Shown here piece by piece: positions 42,704-51,465 of a stretch of 64,000 bases of DNA. Numbering within the stretch: position 1 is the first letter of the stretch; the number at the start of each line of letters is the position of its first letter. A program made the translations under genes and the position numbers. The notes below the pieces were generated by a model. That model made no database searches, was not told the origin of the DNA, and worked only from the letters and a program-made list of their open reading frames with translations. The stretch is from Deltaproteobacteria bacterium (GTDB lineage: Bacteria > Myxococcota_A > UBA9160 > SZUA-336), in NCBI GenBank assembly GCA_029261925.1, contig JAJDAJ010000070.1, positions 67,613 to 131,612 of the forward strand, read 5' to 3'.

Positions 42704-43166
42704 GCTCCTGGCGCGCGAGAGCATCCGTCACACGCTCGCGAGCTACAACATGGCGGGCGACCGGCTGCGGGTGGACGATCTCGTCGCGGTGTTCACCGAG
42801 GATGGCATCCTGGAGTCGGAAGGCGTGCCGGAGAAGGACGCCTTCCGGAACGTCGGTCGCGATGAGATCCGGGCCTGGATGACGCGCTGGGGAGGCGGCT
42901 CCAGGGATCCAGACCCGGTGCACCCGTCGACCTTCATCCGCCATCACCTCTCCACCTGCCAGATCGAGTTCGCGGGTCCGGGCACGGCGCAGGTACGCAC
43001 CTACTGGGTGGCCTACACCGACATCGGCCCGGATCATTGCGGCTACTATCTCGACGCGTTCCGCAAGGTCGGGGACCGCTGGCTGATCGCGCACCGCAAG
43101 GTGCGCATGGACTGGACCGCGCCCGGGAGCCTGTACACGTCAGTCGTCGAGAAGCTGCGTCGCTGA
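42690..43166 (+). CDS. SnoaL-like / NTF2-family protein
   Basis: 158 aa. ESIRHTLASYNMAGDRLRVDDLVAVFTEDGILE...HHLSTCQIEF...YYLDAFRKVGDRWLIAHRKV fits the SnoaL_4-type pattern. Confidence 0.75.
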   Translation: MTTDELLARESIRHTLASYNMAGDRLRVDDLVAVFTEDGILESEGVPEKDAFRNVGRDEIRAWMTRWGGGSRDPDPVHPSTFIRHHLSTCQIEFAGPGTAQVRTYWVAYTDIGPDHCGYYLDAFRKVGDRWLIAHRKVRMDWTAPGSLYTSVVEKLRR

Positions 43167-43220
43167 AGACACGTACAGGTTTCGCTGGCGGCAGGGTTCA
43201 GGCCCGTCCGCCGAGCCGGC

Positions 43221-44270
43221 TCACGGGATGTAGCGCCGCCGCCGCATCTCGTCGAAGAGCTCGAGCATGCGGTCGCTGGAGTCCAGACAGTCGTGGAATC
43301 CAGCCTGCCGGATCTTGATCGTGCTGGTGTGGATCTCTGGCATTCCGGGGGACAGCCCGGTGTGCTGCCAGCCGACGAGATCATCGAAGTTCACGACGAG
43401 ATCGTGCTTGCGCTCGAGCTCGTCCCAGAGAGGCCGCTTGTCGCGCATGAACAGCTCGAGGTCGAGGAGGACAGGATGACCCGGCTCCACGCGGAAGTAC
43501 CCGGCGATGCGAGGCCACACGTCGGACCAGCGAAAGAGGTCGCCGTTGGTGATGTTGTAGATCACGTTCTCCGAGTGTGACTCGAGCGCTGCCCACACCG
43601 AGCCGCGCGCCAGGAGCCTCGAATCGGTCAGCTGGATGAGGGCATCGAACGTGACAGGTCCGGCCGGAAAATAGAGGGGAAGCCCGAGTGCCTGGCAGAC
43701 CGTCCCGTACACCGCGACGGTGTGCACCAGGTTCACGTAGCTCCCGAAACCGATCCCGGCGATGAAGTCCGGACGCAGGACCGTCGTGGCGAAGCCATCC
43801 TTCGCGCCGCGTCGGTAGAGCAGATCCTCCTGGTCGTAGTAGAACAGCGGGCCGGGGACGCGCGGGTCACTCTCCCGGGCGGGAGACCTCATCGCGCCGA
43901 GCAGTGCACCGTAGGCCTTGCTGCCCTGGTAGATGACGACGCGTCGGAGATCGGCACCGGCCCCGGAGAGCGCGTCGAGCGTGTTCTCCAGGATCGCCAC
44001 GTTGACCCTGATCTCCTCGTAGGGATCCGCCGCGAACTGGAACGCCGCGAAGAACAGGTGCGTGACGTCACCGCATCCGGACATCGCCTCCCGCGTCGCT
44101 CCGGGGTCCTGGAGGTCCACCGAGATGTAGTCCAGCCCCTCGAACGGAGGCCCGGGGCGGCGTCCGAGGGCGGTCAGCTTCCAGTCCGGACGCTCCCTCA
44201 GCTCCTCGGCGAGATTGAAGCCGACGATGCCATGAGCGCCGGTGACGAGCGCGTGGTGCCGTTCCGTCAC
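43221..44270 (-). CDS. Atypical SDR, PRISE-like (progesterone 5-beta-reductase/iridoid synthase-like), paralog 1
   Basis: 349 aa. ALVTGAHGIVG, QGSKAYG, YNITNGDLFRWSDVWPRIAGYF. Paralogous to CDS 61285..62382. Confidence 0.8.
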   Translation of the reverse strand: MTERHHALVTGAHGIVGFNLAEELRERPDWKLTALGRRPGPPFEGLDYISVDLQDPGATREAMSGCGDVTHLFFAAFQFAADPYEEIRVNVAILENTLDALSGAGADLRRVVIYQGSKAYGALLGAMRSPARESDPRVPGPLFYYDQEDLLYRRGAKDGFATTVLRPDFIAGIGFGSYVNLVHTVAVYGTVCQALGLPLYFPAGPVTFDALIQLTDSRLLARGSVWAALESHSENVIYNITNGDLFRWSDVWPRIAGYFRVEPGHPVLLDLELFMRDKRPLWDELERKHDLVVNFDDLVGWQHTGLSPGMPEIHTSTIKIRQAGFHDCLDSSDRMLELFDEMRRRRYIP

Positions 44271-44360
44271 GCTCTCTCCGCGTCCGATGGAAGGAAGGTC
44301 ATGTCATGCGACCCGGGGCGATCTGCGTGCGCCGGGCTGCCCGGCGCCTCTCGATGCGAC

Positions 44361-45110
44361 TCAGGGAAGATGGCGCTCCCAGTCGTGGGGCACGAGCGCG
44401 TGGAACGGAGCCGCCAGGAGCGGGACGACGCCGGCGCCGGCCCAGCGCTTCTCCAGCGCTGGACGCAGGCGCTCTGCCGTGGCGGGCGGGTCGTCGTCGA
44501 GGCAGCAGTAGGTGATCCGCAGCCCCTCGATGTCGGCCGGCGTGAACGGAGGCCCGACGGGGCTCGCGGGTCCCCACCATGCGCCCGCCACGCCGGGAAC
44601 CTCCAGGAGATCGTCCACCGGCGCCTCGCCCCGCTCCACCAGCAGATAGACGCCCCGCATCGGCCACCACGGCAAGACGTCGGCTCCGATCTTGATGCGA
44701 GGTGCGGCCACCATTCCCTCGAGCTGGTACACGGCCATCTCGACCGACGGCAGCAGGTAGGGAATGCGCCCGGCGTTCCGCAGCGCCTCGCCCAGGGCAC
44801 CGAAGCCCGGGAGACCTTCGAGCCCGGCCCACAGATAGGTCATCACGTGGTCGACGTCGTCGTAGCGCGCGTCACTCGCGGCGCGCGCCGCGCGGCAGGC
44901 CGGCGTCGACACGAAGCGGAGCGCGGCCCTCAGGGCGGCGAGCCGGTACTGCTCGGGCCGATGGTCCAGGGTGTGCCACTGGAGGTAGTCCGCATCCAGA
45001 CCTTCCGGATGGCGGGCCGACATCGAGACGAAGATCGTCGTGATGTCGCTACGCCCGGTGGCGAGGACCTCCGGGGCGTCGTCCGACGGTGCACCGATGA
45101 TGGGGGCCAT
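44361..45110 (-). CDS. Hypothetical protein (distant paralog of 35988..36734?)
   Basis: ATG at 45108-45110 gives 249 aa (the ORF extends to 45161). Upstream of, and on the same strand as, the PRISE-like SDR. Confidence 0.55.
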   Translation of the reverse strand: MAPIIGAPSDDAPEVLATGRSDITTIFVSMSARHPEGLDADYLQWHTLDHRPEQYRLAALRAALRFVSTPACRAARAASDARYDDVDHVMTYLWAGLEGLPGFGALGEALRNAGRIPYLLPSVEMAVYQLEGMVAAPRIKIGADVLPWWPMRGVYLLVERGEAPVDDLLEVPGVAGAWWGPASPVGPPFTPADIEGLRITYCCLDDDPPATAERLRPALEKRWAGAGVVPLLAAPFHALVPHDWERHLP

Positions 45111-45243
45111 CAGAGCCTGGCACTCTAGCGCGGGGTCAGGCGGGCCACAACGCCAGGCCACACCTGCCCCCTCGATCCAGCCCGGCGAGCGAGGGGCCGG
45201 CGCGCGGGAGCCTTGAGGCGCTGCAGAGTCAGCTTGCGGTGGC

Positions 45244-45678
45244 CTACGCCATCGCTTCGAGTTCCCTCAGGGCCTGCCGCTTGCCCATCGCCTTGACGGT
45301 CCCCCATGCGGCCAGCTGCTTGGCCTGCGGCCGGGACTTGCCCTTCTCCCAGTTGTAGATCGTCATCGGGGACACACCCACGAGCATTCCGTAGTCGGCC
45401 TGCGACAGACCGAGCTTCTGGCGGTGGCTCGACACCCACTGGGGTGCGAACCGGACCTGGTGCCCGTTCTCGACATTCGCCGCAGCCGCCTTGCCCTTGC
45501 GTAGCGCAGCTTCGAGATGAGCGACCTTTCCACTCAGGGCCTTGTTCGCACGCTTGAGGGCAGCGATATCACGTCTGTACTGCGCGCTCGCGGACCGAAG
45601 ACTGGCGACTTGCTCTCTGGCCTCTTTCCTGGCGAGGCGGCGGATTTCATCTTTGAGAACGGAAGCGAGATTGGGCAT
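45244..45678 (-). CDS. XRE-family HTH transcriptional regulator with N-terminal coiled coil
   Basis: 144 aa. The N-terminal half is heptad-like (LKDEIRRLARKEAREQVASLR...LKRANKALSGKVAHLEAAL). C-terminal LGLSQADYGMLVGVSPMTIYNWEKGKSRP is a classical XRE HTH. Confidence 0.75.
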   Translation of the reverse strand: MPNLASVLKDEIRRLARKEAREQVASLRSASAQYRRDIAALKRANKALSGKVAHLEAALRKGKAAAANVENGHQVRFAPQWVSSHRQKLGLSQADYGMLVGVSPMTIYNWEKGKSRPQAKQLAAWGTVKAMGKRQALRELEAMA

Positions 45679-45842
45679 GGATCCTCATGGTGGCAGGGGA
45701 GACGGCTTCATACCGAGACGGGGCTCGTGCTGCAAACCGAGGTTAGCCGAGGACCCCGGGGCCGCTTCTACGAGGCGCGGGGGCTCGTGGAGAACGGAGC
45801 CCGGATATACTGGCTGCCTGTACACGTCTGCTCGGAGGGTCC

Positions 45843-47111
45843 ATGAGTGATGCCATCGATGCCGCCTCGCGCGAGCTGGATCTCGATGCGCTCGACCTCA
45901 CCGACCACGGCCTGTTCAGTCGCGGCTTCCCGCACCCCATCTTCAGCCGGCTGCGCGAGGAAGCCCCGGTCTGGCGCCACCGGGAGACCGATCCGGGCAA
46001 CGCGATCGGAGGCCGCCCCTTCTGGGTCCTGAGCCGGCATGCCGACGTGCAGGCGGCCAACCGCGACTCCGAGACCTTCAGTCCCCGCGGTGGCCCCGGG
46101 CTCCAGCTGCGCGAGGAGATGGGCGTGTTCCTCACCAACCTGAGCGGCGCGACCCACGCGCGGCAGCGGCGGCTGATCAGCGCCGGCTTCACGCCGCGGA
46201 TGGTGGGACGCCTCGAGCAGAATCTCTGCGAGTGGTCCACGAAGATCTTCGACGACGCGCTCGAGCGCGAGACCATCGACTTCGTCGAGGACGTCGCCTA
46301 TCCGCTGCCGATGCACCTGATTGCCGACGTCATGGGCATTCCCGTCGAGGACCGCGCCTGGCTGTTCACCACGGCCAGCACGTTCCTGCAGTCGCAGGAG
46401 CCCGCGAGGGCGCTGCCCAAGGACCAGCAAGACGCCCTCCAGCTCGAGCTGTTCCAGTACGGGCAGCGGCTGAGCGCGGCCAAGCGGGCGGATCCACAGG
46501 ACGACGTGTGGACCCGGCTGACCCAGGCCGAGTACGAGGCCGAGGACGGCAGCATCCAGCGGCTCGAGGGCCTCGAGCTCGACATGTTCTTCGTCGTTCT
46601 GATCCTCGCGGGAAGCGAGACAACGCGCAATGCGATCACCGGCGGGCTGATGGCGCTGCTCGAACACCGCGATCAGCTCGAGCGGCTTCGCCGCGAGCCG
46701 GGCCTGATGAAGGACGCGACCGAGGAGATCCTGCGCTGGTCGTCCCCCGTCGCCTACTTCATGCGCACGGCCACGTGCGATACCGAGCTCCGCGGCATGC
46801 CGATCGCGGAAGGCGACATCGTGTCGATGTGGTACGCCTCTGCGAACCGTGACGCCGACGTCTTCGAGGACCCCTTCCGCTTCGACATCACGCGACGCCC
46901 GAACGAGCAGGTCGCCTTTGGCGGCGGGGGTCCGCACTTCTGCCTCGGCGCTAACCTCGCGCGGCGCGAGATCTCGACCCTGTTCGACGAGATGCTGCGC
47001 CGGGTCGACGACGTCGAGCTGCTCGGCGAGCTGGAGTACAGCAATCTGGGCATCGGCTCCCCGATCGTGGTCTCGCCCAGGGCACTGCCCGTGCGCCTCA
47101 AGGGTCGTTGA
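45843..47111 (+). CDS. Cytochrome P450
   Basis: 422 aa. I-helix LAGSETT, EEILRW (ExxR), heme loop FGGGGPHFCLGANLAR. Confidence 0.9.
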   Translation: MSDAIDAASRELDLDALDLTDHGLFSRGFPHPIFSRLREEAPVWRHRETDPGNAIGGRPFWVLSRHADVQAANRDSETFSPRGGPGLQLREEMGVFLTNLSGATHARQRRLISAGFTPRMVGRLEQNLCEWSTKIFDDALERETIDFVEDVAYPLPMHLIADVMGIPVEDRAWLFTTASTFLQSQEPARALPKDQQDALQLELFQYGQRLSAAKRADPQDDVWTRLTQAEYEAEDGSIQRLEGLELDMFFVVLILAGSETTRNAITGGLMALLEHRDQLERLRREPGLMKDATEEILRWSSPVAYFMRTATCDTELRGMPIAEGDIVSMWYASANRDADVFEDPFRFDITRRPNEQVAFGGGGPHFCLGANLARREISTLFDEMLRRVDDVELLGELEYSNLGIGSPIVVSPRALPVRLKGR

Positions 47112-47113
47112 GG

Positions 47114-48190
47114 TCAGTCCTCGATGCACCAGACGCGAGCGAACGTGCTGTCGCAGGCTGCCGTCGACACGTCCCAGGGACCCAGGTCCTGTGATGCGTG
47201 ATCGTCCGACAGGACGATGATCGACCCGGCGGCCCCCACGCCAGGGTCGTCGTAGCCGAGGCACGTCGCGCCATCGCCAACGAAGGCCCAGCCTTCGAGA
47301 AGGGTTTGCGGGCCGCTCCCGATGTTTGGGCTGACACGGTATCCACGAATCGAGTCGTAGTGCAGGCTTGACGGATTGATCAGCTCCCACACCGAGGCGA
47401 CATGGAAACCCGCCGGGCACTCCGCCGCCGCATTGCCCCCATCCACAGGGTCACCTTCCGTCAAGAAGTAGCGGCGTAGACCGCGAGTCGAGCAGCTTCG
47501 ATCAGAGCACCTGTTCCCACCCGTTCTTCCACCCCCCTCCATGTCAAGGCCGTTGGCGCTGGGGACACGACCGTTCCGCACCGCCAGATTCCCGTGAAGC
47601 ACGGTCTCGCCTGCATTCCCGAACTGACCGGTCGAGATGTTCTCATCGACCCGAATGCCTGAGCCGCCGTTCAACACGGCCTGGCAGTTGATCACGCTGC
47701 TGAACGGACCGACCTCGATCCCGATCCCGCCGTTGCTCCTCGCCACGACACCTTCGACGTAGTCGAAGTTCTGCAGGAAAATGCCGTGGTCGCCCATCCC
47801 GATCACACGGCCATTCCTCACGGTGACATCGGTCGTGGTGATGTTCGCGGCGATCCCGTGACCGGTTCCCACCGGGATGCAGAAGAAGCCAATACCACTA
47901 CAGCTTGTGGGTCCGAGAATGGCGAAGCCATTCAGGTCGATCGAGCTGCGATCGGCATCCGCACCGAGCTCGATCGCCGTCGTGTTCTCGTCGGGCACGA
48001 CAAGATTGCTGGTGAGGCGATAGCTGCCTGACTCGGTGATGGTGACGGGGAAGCCTGGTGCATCTGCCGGAAAGCATCCGGCTGAGACGCAAGCCTGGTT
48101 GATCTCGATCACGCCATCGCCGGCCAGAGCGACGACCGGCCACAGCGCCAGTGCCAGGGCGCTCCTGTACATCCACGCACGAGCACTCAT
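47114..48190 (-). CDS. Secreted right-handed beta-helix repeat protein with Cys-containing C-terminal domain
   Basis: ATG at 48188-48190 in the frame of ORF 47114..48574. Signal peptide MSARAWMYRSALALALWPVVALA. Repeats of the type GHGIAANITTTDVTVRNGRVIGMGDHGIFL / SNGGIGIEV / NGGSGIRV. C-terminal RYFLTEGD..AAAECPAGFHVASVWEL...ARVWCIED. Confidence 0.7.
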   Translation of the reverse strand: MSARAWMYRSALALALWPVVALAGDGVIEINQACVSAGCFPADAPGFPVTITESGSYRLTSNLVVPDENTTAIELGADADRSSIDLNGFAILGPTSCSGIGFFCIPVGTGHGIAANITTTDVTVRNGRVIGMGDHGIFLQNFDYVEGVVARSNGGIGIEVGPFSSVINCQAVLNGGSGIRVDENISTGQFGNAGETVLHGNLAVRNGRVPSANGLDMEGGGRTGGNRCSDRSCSTRGLRRYFLTEGDPVDGGNAAAECPAGFHVASVWELINPSSLHYDSIRGYRVSPNIGSGPQTLLEGWAFVGDGATCLGYDDPGVGAAGSIIVLSDDHASQDLGPWDVSTAACDSTFARVWCIED

Positions 48191-48518
48191 CCCTGCTCCC
48201 TTCCGCGGTTGCTGATGGGGATTCTGCACCGGGCTGTCCCCTCCGGTCCAGAGGTGCGTCCATCGCGCCAGGACCGTCATCCAGGTGAGCGCCGGGAATG
48301 TGGTCGTCGTCACGGCCCCGGGCAGGGGCATGCAATCGACGACGGGAGATGCAAGGTTGGCGACGTCCTGGACATGAACGCCGAGATTCCCTGGCCGTGA
48401 AGCGTTTCCTGTGCCGGGTATCCGGCTCCCTGGGCGGCGCGTGAGAGCATCCAGATCGGTTCCTGCCCAAGTCGTCCAGGAAGCCCGCCGATACGGAGTC
48501 GTGGACATCGCGCGCAAG

Positions 48519-49481
48519 ATGCAGCGGGACTGGGACCGGCGGGCAGGCGAGCATGCCCGCTTCTTCATCGCCACCGAGGACTACCAGGACGAGTCGCGCT
48601 TCGCGGCCTCGGGCGAGGCGACGGCGCGGGACCTGATCGAGCAGCTCGGCGGACGCGACACCCGCGAGTGGACGGCTCTCGAGATCGGCTGTGGCATCGG
48701 GCGGGTGCTGCGCGCGCTCGCACCGCGGTTCCGGCGCCTCTGCGGCGTCGATGTCTCGCGCGCAATGATCGAGCAGAGCCGGACCTGGCTCGCGGGCGTC
48801 GAGAACGTGGAGACCTGGGCGAACACGGGCGTGGACCTCTCTGCCGCACGGGCGGGCACGTTCGATCTCGTCTACTCGTACGTCGCGTTCCAGCACATGC
48901 CCCGCGAGGTGTTCTCGAGCTACCTGGCCGAGAGCAGACGCGTGCTCCGCCGCGACGGCTGGCTGCTCTTCCAGGGCTACCTGGGACCCCGCAGCGACCC
49001 GGATCTCGGCGACACGATCTCGCTGCGGATCTACGAGCCCGAGGAGCTCCGTGCTCGCCTCGACGATGCGGGCTTCGCAGCTTGTACCGGGCTCGATCCG
49101 GTGAACGGCCCGGCAGTCAGCCGCTGGGTCCTGGCGCGCCCCGAACGCGAACCGCGCCCCGAGCACGACGCGGCATGGCGCGAGCAGGAGTGTGAGGATC
49201 GCCCGGCGCCGCTCGACAGCCACCTTCAGCGCTGCCTCGCGGAGCAGCTGCTGGAGGCGGGCGATCTGGCGGGAGCGCGTGAGGCCTGCGCACGGCTGAT
49301 CGCGTACGATCCGCAGGAGCTCGGCGCGTGGCTCCTGCTCGTGTCGGTGCACCTGGAGCTGGGCGACCGGAGCTGCGCCCTCGCCGAGCTGGAGCGCCTG
49401 TGCACCGCGCACCCGGACTACACCCCGGCCCACCCGCTCCTGGACCGGCTGCGGCGGATCGTTCGACAGTCAGGTTCCTGA
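48519..49481 (+). CDS. Class I SAM-dependent methyltransferase with C-terminal TPR-like helical region
   Basis: ALEIGCGIGRVLRALA (motif I), DLVYSYVAFQHM. The C-terminal LLEAGDLAGAREACARLIAYDPQELGAWLLLVSVHLELGD is TPR-like. Start uncertain (ATG 48519 or GTG 48411). Confidence 0.7.
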   Translation: MQRDWDRRAGEHARFFIATEDYQDESRFAASGEATARDLIEQLGGRDTREWTALEIGCGIGRVLRALAPRFRRLCGVDVSRAMIEQSRTWLAGVENVETWANTGVDLSAARAGTFDLVYSYVAFQHMPREVFSSYLAESRRVLRRDGWLLFQGYLGPRSDPDLGDTISLRIYEPEELRARLDDAGFAACTGLDPVNGPAVSRWVLARPEREPRPEHDAAWREQECEDRPAPLDSHLQRCLAEQLLEAGDLAGAREACARLIAYDPQELGAWLLLVSVHLELGDRSCALAELERLCTAHPDYTPAHPLLDRLRRIVRQSGS

Positions 49482-49725
49482 CGTCGTCGTCGCCGATCCC
49501 GCACAGGTTGCCGCGGTGCGGCCACTGCTCTCCTGCACCGGGCCCCGGGTGACGCGTCGCATCGATCGCGAGGCTTCGGGAGATGTCCGGTAGCACGCGG
49601 TGATCCGCTTCGTGGACGGACCGTGGCGCTGCGGCAGGGTCATCGACCCGTCAGATTCTCCAGAGCATCGTGCGGAGTAGCCCGGTAAGCTACCGCGCGA
49701 CGGTGCAGAACCCGGAGGAGCAGCC

Positions 49726-49818
49726 ATGAATCTCGACGGGGCCAGGACCCTGATGACCGGCGCTTGCCCCGGCATCCGTGCAGCCCTCGCCGGATCCGGA
49801 CCCGTGCTGCCGCGATGA
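49726..49818 (+). other. 30-codon upstream ORF / SDR N-terminal remnant coupled to the amidohydrolase gene
   Basis: GGAGGAG lies 5 nt upstream of ATG 49726. MNLDGARTLMTGACPGIRAALAGSGPVLPR resembles a decayed SDR N-terminus (LxGKxxLVTGAxxGIG). The stop overlaps the ATG of the next gene (ATGA at 49815-49818). Confidence 0.3.
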
Positions 49819-51401
49819 GCTCCGCATCCACGAGCCAGATCGCATTCACCGGCGGCCGGATCCTCAGCATGGATCCGCGGTATCCCGACCCCGCGATCGC
49901 GATCGTCGAGGACGGTCGCGTCTCGGCCCTGGGTCCGCGCGACATGCTCGCCGCCTTCCCCGCGGCGCGGGTTCACGATCTGCGCGGGCGGACGCTGCTC
50001 CCCGGCTTCATCGACGCCCACAATCACCTCTGCATCGCGGCGCTCCACCCCGTCTGGGCGGACCTGTCACAGGTGAGCAGCGAGGAGGAGCTGCTCGGGG
50101 CGCTGGCCGAGCAGGCTGCGCGCGAGCCCGGGGCGCGCTGGGTCCGCGGGATCGGCTGGAACGAGACGACCACCGGACTGCAGCCCGACCGCGCCCTGCT
50201 CGACCGGCTCGGACTCGACCGTCCCGTGATCGTGGCGCACTACTCGCTGCACCAGTGCGTCGTGAGTTCGCTCGGTCTCGACGAGCTCGGGATCGGCAGG
50301 ACGGCGCCGGACCCGCCCGGCGGCGTCATCGACCGTGATGCCCGTGGGGCCCCCACGGGTCTCCTGATCGAGCGCGCCTGGAGCGAGGCGCACGCCCGTT
50401 CGCTGGCGGAGTACCACGACGGGGATCGATGGGCCGAGCTCGTGGCCCGGCGGGCACGCGTGCTGCTCGCCGATGGGATCACGTGCGTGCACGACGCCGC
50501 GTGCCCGCCCTCCGCCGAGGCGCTGTACTTCGGGATGGCGCGCGAGGGCACGCTGCCGATCTCCGTGCTCACGATGCCTCACCCGGAGGCCCTGCTGATG
50601 CCCCTGTCCGCGGCGCGTCTCGAGGGGCCCCTGACCGGAGAGGGGGACGAGCGGGTTCGCGTCGGCCCCATCAAGCTGTTCGCCGACGGCGGCGTGATGC
50701 CGGCGATCGATACCTCCGTCAACGGTCAGCGCTTTCAGAGCGGTGCGTGCTTCGCGGACCTCGAGGACGGCGTGCTCCTGGCCCATTCCCGGGGCTTCCG
50801 GGTCGCGGTGCACGCCATCGGCAACCGGGGACTCGCCGCCGCCCTCGACGCGTTCGCCCGTGCGGCCCGCACGCGCGCCAGCGTAGATCCGCGCTTCCGG
50901 GTCGAGCATGCCTCGCTCGCGTCGCAGGTGCAGATGCGCACCATGGCCGAGCTCGGCGTGGTCGGCGTCGTGCAGCCGGGCTTCCTGCACCACATGGGCC
51001 AGGCCATCGAGCAGGTCGCCTTCGACGGCGATCCGTGGATGCCCTTCGGCGACATGGCCCGCGCGGGCGTTCCGCTGGCCGCCTCGTCCGACGACCCGTG
51101 CACGTTCCACGAGCCGCTGCGCACGTCGGCGCACGGTGCAACGCGCATCACCGGATCCGGAGGGGTGCTCGATCCGGAGCAGTCGCTCGAGTACGTGGAC
51201 TGGCTGCGGGCCTACACCTCGGGCGCCGCCTGGGCCGGCGGGCAGGAGGACGAGCGTGGCTCCCTCTCCCCGGGCAAGCGGGCCGACCTGGTCGTGCTCG
51301 AGGGCGAGCTCGATCCCGCCCATCCCCCCGTCGTCGCCGAGACCTGGGTCGAGGGGGAGCAGGTCTTCGAGCGTCCGGTTCCGGGAAGCACCGGGGCCTG
51401 A
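49815..51401 (+). CDS. Amidohydrolase (Amidohydro_3 / YtcJ-like)
   Basis: ATG 49815. LLPGFIDAHNHL (HxH), VAVHAIGNRG, FRVEHAS, AASSDDP, ADLVVL. Confidence 0.85.
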   Translation: MSSASTSQIAFTGGRILSMDPRYPDPAIAIVEDGRVSALGPRDMLAAFPAARVHDLRGRTLLPGFIDAHNHLCIAALHPVWADLSQVSSEEELLGALAEQAAREPGARWVRGIGWNETTTGLQPDRALLDRLGLDRPVIVAHYSLHQCVVSSLGLDELGIGRTAPDPPGGVIDRDARGAPTGLLIERAWSEAHARSLAEYHDGDRWAELVARRARVLLADGITCVHDAACPPSAEALYFGMAREGTLPISVLTMPHPEALLMPLSAARLEGPLTGEGDERVRVGPIKLFADGGVMPAIDTSVNGQRFQSGACFADLEDGVLLAHSRGFRVAVHAIGNRGLAAALDAFARAARTRASVDPRFRVEHASLASQVQMRTMAELGVVGVVQPGFLHHMGQAIEQVAFDGDPWMPFGDMARAGVPLAASSDDPCTFHEPLRTSAHGATRITGSGGVLDPEQSLEYVDWLRAYTSGAAWAGGQEDERGSLSPGKRADLVVLEGELDPAHPPVVAETWVEGEQVFERPVPGSTGA

Positions 51402-51465
51402 ACGGCGCCGATGCGTGACGCGGCACGCGACACCAGAAGCGGGGCCCATGGCCCCGGGAGGCTGC

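Noticed and set aside
48411-48518. GTG 48411 as start of the methyltransferase
   Set aside because: The first 36 codons are Arg-rich and add nothing to the methyltransferase fold, so ATG 48519 is preferred. The choice is unverified.
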